NCBI RefSeq assembly: GCF_006345805.1
Contig: NC_043017.1
Location: 2,108,001-2,172,000 of the forward strand
DNA length: 64,000 bases
Direction: 5' to 3'
Origin: Octopus sinensis
Lineage: Eukaryota
Part shown: piece after piece, positions 23,600 to 38,680 of the stretch
Numbering within the stretch: the stretch's first letter is position 1
How the letters are laid out: every line of letters starts with the position of its first letter
Translations under genes and position numbers: made by a program
Notes under the pieces: generated by a model
Told to the model about the DNA's origin: nothing
Database searches by the model: none
Seen by the model: the letters and a program-made list of their open reading frames with translations, nothing else

Positions 23600-24143
23600 A
23601 GAGAAACGCAAATATATATAGCGATAGATATAGATATAGAAATAGAAATAGAGGTGTGCATGTATGTGTATATGTGTAAGCTTTTGTGTGGGTGTGTGGG
23701 TGTATGTATTTGTGCGTAAGTAATGAGCACAAAAGTACAAACAACTATGGAGTCAAACGCGTTCTCTAGCTGCCGGTTACTCCTGATTGTGCGTGCCTAC
23801 AAAACGCATTACATTTGCGATCATAGACAATAGACCACAGTTTGAGTGAGATTCGTCTGTTAGACACCTTCGCTGCCTAGAATCTACATGGTTTTTGCAT
23901 TCACTGTGAAGTCGTGATGTTCATTTATTCATTTATTCCACACAACTTCCAGGGTCTTAATGCCTCTAGTAATGGCTTCCATTAATAGTCAAAACTAACA
24001 GTTATGTTGACATGGTGATAGGATTGTCTTATTCTATCGATGAGCTTCGTCAACATGTTGCAAATGAACGACAGTATATTATGAAGATGCTTTATAATAT
24101 ACTATATGCTACATGTATACATATATATGTGTGTGTGTTTATA

Positions 24144-24449
24144 TACTCTATTTTTTACTCTTTTACTTGTTTCAGTCAGTTGACTGCGGCCATGCTGGAG
24201 CACCACCTTTAGTCGATCCCGGGACTTATTCTTTGTAAGCCCAGTACTTATTCTATCGGTCACTTTTGCCGAACCGCTAAGTGACGGGGACATAAATACA
24301 CCAGCATCGGTTGTCAAGCAATGCTAGGGGCTTTGGTCGGCCCGAGGCTATAGTAGAAGACGCTTGCCCAAGGTGTCACGTAGTGGGACTGAACCCTGAA
24401 CCATGTGGTCGGTAAGCAAGCTACTTACCACACAGCCACTCCTACGCCT
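24144..24449 (-). mobile_element. SINE family A, internally deleted
   Basis: Matches the family A copy at 30877-31292 but lacks the central microsatellite and the adjacent segment (junction atgctagggg|ctttggtcgg near 24330). Confidence 0.85.
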
Positions 24450-24757
24450 ATATATATGTATGAATGTATCATATATATATATCTATGTATGTATCAACTG
24501 TCCGATTAACGGAAGCGTGAACCTCACAGTAGCATTTTTTGAGATACGTTTGTGATGTTTTTTTAGATTTAATAATAAAGCATGTTATTCTGCATACGGC
24601 ATTTGAGTATTATTCTTCCTACGTTGCTTCACATATATGGGTTTAATCTGGTGTATATGTATATATATATATACATATATACATAGATATACATATATGT
24701 ATGTGTGCCTACCTATATATATATATATATATATGTATGTATATATATATATATATA

Positions 24758-24791
<34 letters not shown>

Positions 24792-24795
24792 TTGT

Positions 24796-24844
<49 letters not shown>

Positions 24845-25301
24845 CGTGTGTGTTCTGTGTGGTTTTCTGACTTCTGCTTGGTTGATCAAAATGAGAAATA
24901 ACTATGACGAAATCAGCATTAATTTTTTTAATTCATTCATTTTTTCTCAACCGAGCAATAAGCCGATTCAGTAAACCTATCAATAGCGTCCCCATAATGG
25001 CAGAAGGAAACCAATGTGAGTCTCATTTACGACAAAAAAGAAACATATTTAATGACTAGTCTTATTTAGCATACAAACCTACACCTGTGTGTGTGTGTGT
25101 GTGTGTCTATTTATGTATATTTATGCACACACACACTCACACACATATGTGTATGTATATATATATATGCATAGAAAACCGAAGAAAGTCGGAGACGAAT
25201 CGATAGATAGATAGATAGATAGATAGATAGAATTCCGACAGACACACAGACAGATAGGTAGACAGAAAAACAGACAGGAGCAAAGAGAGATGGATGGTCA
25301 C

Positions 25302-25367
<66 letters not shown>

Positions 25368-26607
25368 GCCTATGCGTACGTGGATGAACCTTTATTTAGC
25401 TTTGCAATTCACTTACAACGAATTTAAAATGAAATAAATTAACTAAATATATTTCCGGCGAAAACATTTTATTTTAAATGAGAAATGTTAAAGAAGATCT
25501 TTATTTAGTTAAGTCGAATCATAGAAGTTGCATTGTGAAAGAATATTAGGAACTGTCGCAGAATGTTATTTCAGTTTTGCTAATTCTTAGCTGTGTAACG
25601 GAAGCGGACCAATTATTGATATTGTGGTGAATGTTTTTCAGGTCTGATAGTTTAAAAGCTTTCCAACTGTGAACAATCCGTCTTTAATTCTGCAGACGGT
25701 GTATCTAGGACCATATCATCAATTATATTGTGTTGTCTTCTTGCTGATGGTTTTTCTGAAGCATTAATACAAACTCTAGACGTTTCTTCTCTTTGTCTTC
25801 ACGCTACAGCCTATCGAAAATGTCATTCTTTCCTGTTATTGTTGTTAGTTAGCGCTAGCTTAGACTTAAACAGTAATCAAAAGCGTTTCGGTCACCACTA
25901 ATGTACCATAATCGTGGATATGCGATACTTATTAAGGAATGTCACTTTTCTGTTTCAAGGCTTATAATCTGAGGTACAATTTGCTGTTATTCCTACGAAA
26001 TTGACAGAACTATTTCTATGAAATTAACGGAGAATTCATTGTCAACACGGAAGAGAAACGGTAAAAACACCACGGATAAGCTCGGTAGGTTTCCATACTG
26101 CTTTTTTGGCAGTCAGATGCTTTCTGTTTTTCCTTCAGAAATGGTTTTTTTGTCAGGCTTGTCGACAGCTACCGAGTGAAAGCATACAGTTTTCATTTTC
26201 TATAATCCGTGGCAGTTACTCAAGATTTTCAATAAACAGTAATCAAAACGATATGACGATCTTCCTTTTATTCAAGGAATAAAGGGCAAAATTTTTCGAA
26301 CGACAGAGATCTTGTCACACCAATCCAGAGACTGATGAAATCTTTATGACAGGAAGATTCTGATGAAAGACGGGTTTAACCAGCTCCGATCTGGGATTGA
26401 ACTAACAAACAAACATAAAGTCAACAATTAAGACGACAATAAAAGAACAATTACTATTTATTTAAATGGAAAGGAAATAACTAAAAACTAAAATGAATCT
26501 TGTAGGATCCGAAATTAAAAAGAAAGACTGTCACACGCATACACGCACGTGTGCGTGTGTGTTTATGTGTATGTATGTTTGTGTTTGTGTGTTTGTGTGT
26601 GTGTGTG

Positions 26608-26770
26608 AGCCTGTTGGTGTATTTACATCCCCATAAACTAGCGCTTCGGCAAAAGAGACTGATAGAATAAACACCAGGCTAAAAAGAAATAAATACTGGG
26701 CTTGATTCGTTCGACAAAGATCACTCAAGGCGGTGCCCCATCTTGGTCACAGCAAATGGTAAAACAAAGA
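26608..26770 (+). mobile_element. SINE family A, 3' half, diverged
   Basis: gttggtgtatttacatcccc..agcgcttcggcaaaagagactgatagaataa..caaggcggtgcccca. Confidence 0.7.
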
Positions 26771-27279
26771 AATGGTTAAAGTATATACCATATCTAAACC
26801 GGTCTGAATCAGCGAACAGAATCATGAACTCCAGTTTCATCCATTTCATTTAAACATTTGTCTACATGTTGTAAATATTTCTTCATTTTGCAAACAGTTT
26901 TGAACGATACAAAAATAAAATGGCTCCTGTTTCTAACAAATCCAGACCACGTAGTGTCTCCAGTTTTGCCTTATAATGGTAAATGTATATTTAATATCTA
27001 ATTGCATCTTTTCCGGCTCTGGCAGCAAATTTGTGTAAATGTGTCTGCGTGCGAGAATATATATGAGTGTGTGTTTGTGTATGCATGTGTGTTTCCGTGT
27101 GCATATGTACATGTTCCTTTTTATAACAGAAGTTAGAAAATAAAACATACACACGCCGACAGCTGAATTTGGTTAATGGAAACATAAAAGAACAAATAGA
27201 TATTGAATGTTTTAGATACTAAAAACAAATATTGCTTTCCCTCTTGCTTGTCAACATCCACAACGTCTTTCCCCTCATC

Positions 27280-27321
<42 letters not shown>

Positions 27322-27496
27322 GCAATATTATTTATGTCGTTGTTGTTGATGTTGTGTTTGTTATTAGTATTGTTAATGTTGTTACTCATTTTAATACCAT
27401 GAAATTCCAGTATGTCTTAAATTGATGAAAAAATAAGTAAAAATTTGAACTTCAAAAATATATGCACACATACGCAAATACATACATATACGCACA

Positions 27497-27553
<57 letters not shown>

Positions 27554-27606
27554 GTGTATGTATCATGTGTGTTTGTTATATTGTATATGGTATGTAAATA
27601 CAGATA

Positions 27607-27645
<39 letters not shown>

Positions 27646-27714
27646 ATATGTATATGTATGTATGCATGTGTGTTTGTATATATGTATATGGTATGTAAAA
27701 TACGATATATATAT

Positions 27715-27759
<45 letters not shown>

Positions 27760-29099
27760 TATATATAACGTAATAAAATTCATTTCTGATTTATATTCTT
27801 AGATTTGTTGCTTATTTTCAATTTGTGTTATTGGACGAAATTCTTCTTCAACATCCTTCCAGAAAAATTGGAAATCTAACTTCCATTTTGCTCAGAGCAA
27901 TATCACTTGAAATCTCACTCATTTCCCACCGCCATCACCAGCGCCACCACTACACCGCTCCCACTTATGAAAACTAAACCATATTATCTTCTACATTTAA
28001 TTTTTAATAAGCTCCAATTAATTCGATTATGGTAACGTCGTAGGAATTAATCCAAGGAATTTTGTATGTCAGCATGTAACTCAGATTGCAAAACTAATCT
28101 GCACTTCTTTATAACTGCCAGTCACAAGAACGTTTGATATTTGATCTAACTTAATTATATATTGCTTTCGGGAATAATATCTTCGTTTGGACTTACTCTT
28201 TATTGTTGTATGCTTTATTACATTCAATTTATTTTTCTTTCTATGTATATATTTTTTATCCAATTCCAATTTATACATGCATTTTGCTCTCTATCTCTTT
28301 CTGTATTTCTTCCCGCCACTCAAAGACACATGCGCAGACACATGCATACAAGACGGCTTCTCCCGTACCTTATGTTTTTAGTGTTCATTTAATGATGCGA
28401 ATAATATTGATTTTATTTATTTATTTATTAACGTACTTATTTATTCATTTCTTCGTTTATATATTTATACAGTTGTTCGTTTATTCATTTTATTTATTTT
28501 TTCCCCATTTCCCGATGTAATGAACGTAGATTAAGTTTCACAATAGCACTGACATTTTTTCTTTCTTCATATTGGTTCCTTGGTGTGTTCTGCCAATTAT
28601 TAAACTTGTAAGACTAATTTCTTTAGGGATCTGTTTGTAGTCTATAAAAGACGATTATCAAAATACGTGTTTTCCTTTTCTCTTCGTTTCTTTAAATGCT
28701 GACACTTTCTACATATCTAAATCATTAAACCCATTGATTGCTCGAGAAGGATAAAAAGAAGCACAGCTTTAATATCTCAGAATCTATTTTATTTATGTCT
28801 CCGCTATATAACATGCTAGATTTTTCAGACAATGAAGCAGGTCATTAATACGTTCTAGTGGCTTATACAATTTTCAATCTCGTGTTATTATAACTCGGTA
28901 GTGTTGCAGATGTCACGTATAATAGGTCAACATACTCTCTGCAAAAGAGTTAATAGTTCGGGTAGAGTCAATAGTAGTTTGAGAGTTTAAATTTAAAATA
29001 GGTTGTATATTAATGACGTAATCCTAACTTGACATCAATAAACATCATAGTTATATCAATATCTTTAGTGTTCGTTAGTTTTCTAGCTTTATATGGCAA

Positions 29100-29486
29100 C
29101 TAGCAGTACGCCCGGCGTTACTCGAGTTTTTCTCGACCCTTTAGAATTGGAATTGTTGAAAAGTAAAACTTTTGCATTATGTAACTTGTTATTCTCTTTG
29201 AGTGAACATTTTTCTGGTTGAAATACACCGAAAAATGGCGACACAGCAGTAAAAAAATCGTAAAAAATAGGGATTTTCATAGAAAAAAAGCAACTTTTTG
29301 ATGTACATAATTTTTGGTGTTAACATGGTCTGATTTGAATTTTATCTCCTACGGAATGAAGAGCAAGTCTTCTTCTATCATACTCTCAATTTTGGTCAAC
29401 TTGCGCCACAGGGTCCCGGAGGAGATAGTGTTAGTTGAATGCTAGCAAACCTGCAACACAGATAACTTCAGCTTTATATATAGAGA
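29100..29486 (-). mobile_element. Non-autonomous Helitron-like element (387 bp)
   Basis: Minus strand begins A|TC (29486) and ends CTAG|T (29100); subterminal hairpin CTCG-AGTAACGC-CGGG close to the CTAG end; no TSD. Confidence 0.7.
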
Positions 29487-29689
29487 TTGTAAACTAAATA
29501 TTAGAAGCATGGCGAAATTTTTAGTCAATTTATGTTATAACCACAAACTAAATCAACTGTAACAGTACGGGAGTGCGTTACATGGTTCGCGTCATTCTGT
29601 TTCACTCTTCAATTTATTTTGTTTGAACACATCACCTCGGCTTCTAATAACCTTTACTCTATTTTGTCAAACAGACTTAATGGTTGTTT

Positions 29690-29860
29690 TAAATTTTGGC
29701 TCAAGGCGAGCAGTTTCGGAGGAGAGTTTAAGTCGGTTACATTGACTCCAGTGTTATTTTATCGACCCTAAAAGGATGAAAGGCAAAGGCAACGGTGGTG
29801 GAATTTGAACTCAGAGGGTACAGACGGACGAAATGCTATTCAGCATTTTCCTGTCAACGA
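29690..29860 (-). mobile_element. SINE family B, diverged
   Basis: atcgacccta aaaggatgaaaggcaaagg..ggaatttgaactcagag..gacggacgaaatgct. Confidence 0.7.
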
Positions 29861-30061
29861 TTGCGAGTCCCGTGAGTCGGATCGAAGTAAATGTTCCAGT
29901 GTATCTCCCTCGATATCCTCCGGGGTAATGCCTTTTCCATTTTATTTGCTAGTATCATGAGAAATGTTTCTATATTGTAATAGGCAAGATTCTCCTTTGA
30001 CCTTTTTTTTCAATGTTGATCTGAATATTTGATACAATAATAAAATAAATGCGTCCTTTTA

Positions 30062-30292
30062 AAGCCTAGGAGGCTCATGGGCCCGGTTTCCCGGTTTCTA
30101 TGGCGTATGTGTTCCCCAGCTGGACGGAACGCCAGTCCATCGCAGCGGTACTCATTTTGGCCAGCTGAGTGGACTGGATCAGCGTGAAATGAAGTGTTTT
30201 GCTCAAGAACACAACGCGTCGCCCGGTCCAGGAATCGAAACCACAATCTTACGATCATGATGCTGACACCCTAACCACTAAGCCACGCGCCT
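30062..30292 (-). mobile_element. tRNA-derived SINE family C
   Basis: Minus-strand head aggcgcgtggcttagtggttagggtgtcagc...ggtttcgattcctgg contains A-box (TGGCTTAGTGG) and B-box (GGTTTCGATTCC). Confidence 0.85.
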
Positions 30293-30741
30293 ACACAATA
30301 GATACAATATTAGTTCTTAATTACATGAACGATAAAGAAGTTTTTTATAAGAATTCAAAACTAAACACAAAGCACGTAGTGGGATGACTAGCCTGATACG
30401 AACCATCAGTAAGTCCATGAATTCACTGGTGGTGCCCTAATCAATAAGAGTACTGCACGACTGGGCAGTAATTGCAGTGAATTACAAAAAGTATTTATAA
30501 ATTGGGTACCCAGGGAGACGATCGAGATTTTACGAAGGAACAAGTAAAAGTCTATTCTAACCTGCATTTCCCTTGGAAATGTTATAACTGGACAAGTACC
30601 ATAGCATTCCATGGTTTTATGTTACGGATGTTACATTGATGACGGTTGCTCTCGCTGTCTCTGTCTGTCTTTCTCTCCCTTTCTCTTTCACTCTCTCTAA
30701 ATACACATATGTATCCAATCGCATTATCAGATATATAATAT

Positions 30742-30793
<52 letters not shown>

Positions 30794-30876
30794 TATTATA
30801 TATATAATCGATGAATAAAACCAACGGGTTCACGCCTGGTAGCTTTCATTCCCGTCTGTCATTGGCCATATATATA

Positions 30877-31292
30877 TACTCTTTTACTCTCTTTTACTCT
30901 TTTACTTGTTTCAGTCATTTGACTGCGGCCATGCTGGAGCACCGCCTTTAATCGAGCAACTCGACCCCGGGACTTACTTATTCTTTGTAAGCCCAGTACT
31001 TATCCTATCGGTCTCTTTTGCCGAACCGCTAAGTAACGGGGACGATAAACACATCAGCATCGGTTGTCAAGCAATGCCAGGGGGACAAACACAGACACAC
31101 AAACACACACACGCATATATATATACATATATACATATATACGACGGGCGTTCTTTCAGTTTCCGTCTACCAAATCCACTCACAGGCTTTGGTCGGCCCG
31201 AGGCATAGTAGAAGACATTTGCCCAAGGTGCCACGCAGTGGGACTGAACCCGGAACCATGTGCTTGGTAAAAGCTACTTACCACACAGCCAC
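30877..31292 (-). mobile_element. SINE family A, near full length
   Basis: Pol III-like head gtggctgtgtggtaag..ggttccgggttcagtccc, internal (CA)/(TA) tract, tagaaaagag-type tail repeats; multiple copies in the window. Confidence 0.9.
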
Positions 31293-33339
31293 ACTATATA
31301 TTATATATATATATATATTATATATATATATATATATATATGCACTTTTATGATGTTTCGTATTTCGATGCTTTATTAAATCCATTCAGTCGTTAAACAT
31401 AAATAAATCTTGGAATTAAATGGTTTTAATTTTTACTGTCAGGTAACTTGTAGGTGATTTTAAATGGTGATAATTACTGAGATAATTTACGGCAATTTGA
31501 AATCACCGCAAATTAAAACTAACGAAATGGAATGATGACCAATGGAAAATTTTCACAAATTTTCAACGATTAAGTTTCGACAGCATTCATTTTGAAACTA
31601 TTAATGAAATGGAAAAGGATGTATGATCATCGTGGATTTATGTCAGAGAACAATTTTTATAAGAAAATATTTCGTATATAATACAGAACTTAACAGAAAT
31701 ACTATTATTTTCCATCGTCCCATCAGCAATTCATTGTATCTGAGGTAAATCTCATACGTACACACAGACATGCTCACACACACACACACAGACAATGACA
31801 GGCTCATAGAATCAAAGAAACGTACACGCACACACGAACACAAACACATATACACAAGCACGTATACTCACAGTGACACACACCTAAAGACACGCACACA
31901 GACACACACACAAACACAACACACACCACACACACACCAATAAATAAAAGCTTGATAACGAATTCATACAACATAGTTCAATATAATACATGATATAATG
32001 CAACAGATTATTTTATCAACGTTTCTCTCGTCCTCTCCATTATTGTTGTTTTCTACTTCGTACAAAACCACACCACACACACACACAGTCACACACAGTC
32101 ACACACACGTACATCAACACGTACATACACACACACACCTACATAATTCTAGGTGACTTTCTTATCTTATGCTGTTAAACTTATATACTGATGGGATATA
32201 TCTGCAACACGTTTTATCCAGAGAAGAAGATAAAACAAAAAAAATAACAAAAACAACAACAACAACAACAAAACAATGGTTGTGTGAGAGTTTATATGTC
32301 GTAGGTACAGTAAAGGCAACATTAAATCACATTTCGAATTTCGAATGTTGTCTACTCCAGAAAAATCCATTTAAATATCAATTCATGTGCTATGAATTTT
32401 CCCACACGTCAAACTCAGCAAGCAGCCATTATGATTGCCTATCTATTTTCCTATTCACTCACAAACGAAGTGACACGAAAGTTAGTGGTTTAATGTCGAA
32501 ATACTACGCCTCTCCATAAATCCACTTCTCTATTCTTCATTTTCATCTCAAAGATGGCATTTATTTATGGTTTTTTGCCTTGAAAACTAAAACCATTTTT
32601 TTTCCTCTCCTCTCTATCGGCCTTATCATTTTTTTTTAAATCGCACACACACACACGTACGCACTCATACATTTATACACATACACATATTCACACACAT
32701 TGAGATAAATATGTGCGTGTTCTTGTATATATATATACATATGTATTTATATATATATATATAATCTATATCTATATATATTATATATATACATACATAT
32801 AATATACAATATAATATTTATTTATATACAATGTGCATATAATATTATACATATATATCCTAAATATATTATACACAGAGACACACATACACACAATATA
32901 TATTACATATATATTTTCTTAAAAAAACAAAACGTGAGCATTCCAGTATTCGAATGGAATAGATGACAGTTTGAGAGAACAGGGTTATATATAAGTGAAA
33001 CTGACTTTGAGATGGTTGGAAGAGAGAAGGAAGTGATAAAAGAGGAGAGAAAGAGAGACAGATACGCATAGAGCCACACACGGAGTAGGCCATGGGAGAT
33101 GGGGGTGTAGGATATGGTACGTAATAGAGCTTGTATGCGTGTGTGTATGAGTGTTCGTGTGTGCAGATGGAGGAGAGGGAAGAGGAGAAAGAAAGAAAGA
33201 AAGAAGGGAAGGAAGAAGAAAATAAAGAACGAAGGGATAAAGAGAAAAGACAAAAAAATTTGTCAAAATGAGAGAAAGGGAAAAAAATATGTAAAGAAAG
33301 AAATAGAGGCACGGAGAAGAAAATAATGAAGAGAAATAA

Positions 33340-34902
<1,563 letters not shown>

Positions 34903-35391
34903 TGTCTTAGAAGAACAAATCTTATATCTGTGCTCAATTTGTCAACTCTGATACCGAGATCATTTCAATATGCTGTTTGCTTGCTTTACTAGGTTTTGTA
35001 AATAGATCCGCGAATAGAAGCGAAATAGAAAGTTAATTGCTAATAGAACATTCGGTACTGGTAGGTGGGGGTGCCGATGGGGGGTTACGCAGTGAGAGAG
35101 GAAAGGGAATGACTTGTTATTTCACACAGATGCGTCTGTTTTATCTATTCTTATGTTTTTCACTTAATTTCAGCCAAAGGACCGCGACCATGTTGGGAAA
35201 CCCGCATCTGAGGATTTTGTTGATTGTGTTAAATCAAGTAATCTGGATGTTGGATTTATAAAAATTATCGATGACATGTAATCGACAATCTGCGCTTTGC
35301 TTCCCATCTACGTGGTTTCAGGTTCAGTCCCACTCCGCAGTAAGCTGGATAAATAACCTATTACTATAGCCGAGGGCTAAGTCTTTTTTTA

Positions 35392-35780
35392 AAGCGCAGG
35401 AGTGGGTGTGTGGTAAGTAGCTTCCTTACCAAGCACATGGTTCCGGGTTCAGTCCCACTGCGTGACACCTTGGGCAAGTGTCTTCTGCTATAACCTCGGG
35501 CCGACCAAAGCCTTGTGAGTGGATTTGGTAGACGGAAACTGAAAGAAGCCCGTCGTATATATGCATGTGTGTGTATATGTTTGTATACATGTATATGTGT
35601 GTATATGTTTGTGTGTCTGTGTTTGTCCCCCAACACCGCTTGACAACCGATGCTGGTGTGTTTACGTCCCCGTAATCTAGCGGTTCGGCAAACAATAAGT
35701 CCTGGGGTTGATTTGCTCGAATAACGTCGGTGCTCCAGCATGGCCACAGTCAAATGATTGAAACAAAAAAAGTAAAAAAC
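35392..35780 (+). mobile_element. SINE family A
   Basis: Colinear with the reverse complement of 30877-31292. Confidence 0.9.
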
Positions 35781-35879
35781 TCAGTAAATATCGCCAAGAA
35801 TTTACAGACAATATAGAGGTATATACACATAATACCTAACCACGTGATTCCAGGTTAAGTTCCGCTCGAGACGGCAAGC

Positions 35880-36270
35880 GAGGCTATGTAGTAAGAAGCT
35901 TGCTTTGCCTCTTAGCCACATGCTTCCAGCTCAGGCCCTCTGAGTAGCACTTTGGACATGTGACGTTTGATATTGCCTCGGGCTGACCAAATCTTTGAGA
36001 GTGGATATGGGAAACGGAAACTAAAAGTCCGTCGTGTGTATGTGTGTGTATGTGTGTGTGCACGCGCATGCCCGTGTGTACGTCTTTGTGCCTATGTTCG
36101 TTCCCCGCCGCTGGTGGACGGTTAGTGCTATTGTGTTTATGTCACCGTAAGTTAGCGTTTCGGCAAAGAGAGGTCGCTAGAATAATTACGTGGGCTTTAA
36201 GATAAGTACTTTGTAGGATTCTTTCGATTAACTACATTCTTCAGGGCTGGTGCTCAAGCATGGTAACATA
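35880..36270 (+). mobile_element. Old, diverged SINE family A copy
   Basis: Residual motifs gcctcgggctgaccaa, gagtggat, cggaaactaaa, agcgtttcggcaaa, ggtgctcaagcatgg in the expected order. Confidence 0.7.
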
Positions 36271-36454
36271 AAAAGCATAGAGATAGTGAAGCACATGTTC
36301 ATATGCATAGTGCGGCAGAATTTCAAATCAGAGCGTAAATGCGGACAACAGGCCGATAAGTACTTTGGTCGGCGTGCTAACGAGCTTGCTAAGACGCCGG
36401 TTCATCAGAAAATTTGCTATGGTATCAGAATATATAAACAGTAAGATTACAAGC

Positions 36455-36634
36455 AGGCGTAGGAATGGCTGTGTGGTAAGCAGCTTACTTACAAACCATA
36501 TGGTTCCAGGTGGCACCTGGCAAGTATCTTCTACTATAGCCGCGGGCCGACAAAAGCCTTGTGAGTGAACTTGGTAGACGGAAACTGAAAGAAGCCCGTC
36601 GTATATATGTATATATATATATGTTATATATGTA

Positions 36635-36685
<51 letters not shown>

Positions 36686-36970
36686 TCTAATATATATATA
36701 TATATATATTGTGTGTGTGTGGTGTGTGGTGTGTGTGTGTGTGTGTGTGTTGTGTGTGTGTGTGTTTGTGTGTATGTGTGTGTCTGTGTTTGTCCCCCGA
36801 CATCGCTTGACAACCGATGCTGGTGTGTCTACGTCCCCGTAACGTAGCGGTTCGGCAAAAGCACTGATAGAATAAGTAGTAGGCTTACAAAGAAAAAGTC
36901 CTGGGGCCGATGTGCTCGACCAAAGGCGGTACTCCACCACGGTCAAATGACTGAAACAAGTAAATGAGTA
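36455..36970 (+). mobile_element. SINE family A with expanded internal (TA)n(TG)n
   Basis: Same head and tail as the other copies; internal tract ~36600-36785. Confidence 0.9.
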
Positions 36971-36972
36971 AG

Positions 36973-37035
<63 letters not shown>

Positions 37036-37692
37036 GATCTTCATGATCATCATCGTCATCATCATCATCATTTTTATTTCTGTTATTAGAAAAAATGTAT
37101 GTGTGGATGCTTGGGAAAATTATTTAAGATAGATTTATGAACGTAATATCTTAAAAGATTACCTGCTGCAAGGCAGTGGCATTAATTATACGATATTAGA
37201 TGTCACACATTTCTATGTCGGGGAAACACACTAACACAATTACGCCTCTCTTTGCAGCTGCTTTTATAACACGGTGGCCACTATGATTGAATCGGTAGAT
37301 TGTTATCGCGCAGACAAGTCGAAATACGACACACTTTAATGTGATGGCGAGAGAATTGACCTAAAGACTTCTTGTTAAATAAATAAACGTCTATTAATCC
37401 GAAATGCTGCCCCAGTGATTAAAAAGTGTTCAAAAATCTTTTACATACACTGTTGTACACATGTAATTTGTAAAGATCAAAGACACATCATCATGATGCT
37501 GATTGAGTTTTTTTCTTTCTTTCTTTGCTTTTTGTTTGTTTGTTTGGTTAGTTTTTTTTCTCTTTGGCAGATATTACCTTTATTGAGCTGCGACGAACCA
37601 CATTCGTAAATATATAAATATATGGAATACATCGGCGCAGGCATGGTTGTATGTTAAGAAGCCTGCTTCCCAAGCTTAAGTGCCAAGCTTAA

Positions 37693-38112
37693 AAAGGCGG
37701 CGAGCTGCCAGAACCGTGAGCACGCCGGGCGAAATGTTTTACGGTATTTCGTCTGCCGTTACGTTGTGAGTTCAAATTCCGCCGAGGTCGACTTTGCCTT
37801 TCATTCTTTCGGGGTCGATAAATTAAGTACCAGTTACGCACTGGGGTCGATGTAATCGACTTAATACCTATGTCTGTCCTTGTTTGTCCCCTCTGTGTTT
37901 AGGGCCTTGTGGGTAATAAAGAAATAGGTATTTCGTCTGTCTTTACGTTCTAAGTTCAAATTCCGCCGAGGTCGACTTTGCCTTTCATACTTTCAGGATC
38001 GATTCAATAAGTACCAGTTACGCACTGGGGTCGATATAATTGACTTAATCCATTTCTCTGTCCTTGTTTGTCCTCTCTGTGTTTAGCCTTGTTGGTAGTA
38101 AAGAAATAGATA
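37693..38112 (+). mobile_element. SINE family B with two head-to-tail 184-bp body units
   Basis: Head aaggcggcgagctg; ggtatttcgtc at 37743 and 37927 (184 apart). Confidence 0.85.
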
Positions 38113-38391
38113 TTGAAATCAGGAACTAGTTAAGTAGTGGGTTTCTCAATTCTGATATCCAATAGAAGAAATAATTTTTTTCAATCCTTGCGCCAACTAA
38201 ATCCTTTCCATTTGTTATTGTATCTATTGTTTCACCTTATTTTAGTCGTGATCTTTTTCATTGTTAATCACATATTAATTTTTAATTAGATATCTATGAC
38301 AACGGATTCTAGTGGCGTATTTCCATCTCAAATATTTGGTTGACTTTCTTTACTAGATAAATTGATGGTGGAGAAGATATCTTATATATAT

Positions 38392-38680
38392 CAGTGGGTC
38401 CCGTATTTTTTTAGGCTGCCGCCCCCATGGTTCTCAGATCCCATTCCTAGTAATCTCCCACTCATCACCAAACATATAGACTAATTGCTTCAACAAATTC
38501 AAAACAAGTGCAATTTCACAACTAAAACCTAACCTAATTCAGCCATTATTGTGTTGTTGTTTTTTTACATACACCCCACCCCTTTTGTCTACACATTTAT
38601 CGCCCCATTTTACTCCAAGCGCCTCTCGATCTTTCCACCGCCCACACTGGGACCCGTACGGCCCACTTTCAGAACCACTG
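38392..38680. mobile_element. hAT (Charlie-like) MITE
   Basis: Ends CAGTGG(G)TC... and ...GAACCACTG; 8-bp flanks atatatat / atttagat (6 of 8 match, consistent with a decayed TSD). Confidence 0.55.

Noticed and set aside
26330-26370. Two CTGATGA motifs (HHR or C/D-box snoRNA-like)
   Set aside because: No correctly placed GAAA/UH for an HHR, and too short between the box C- and D-like words for a snoRNA.
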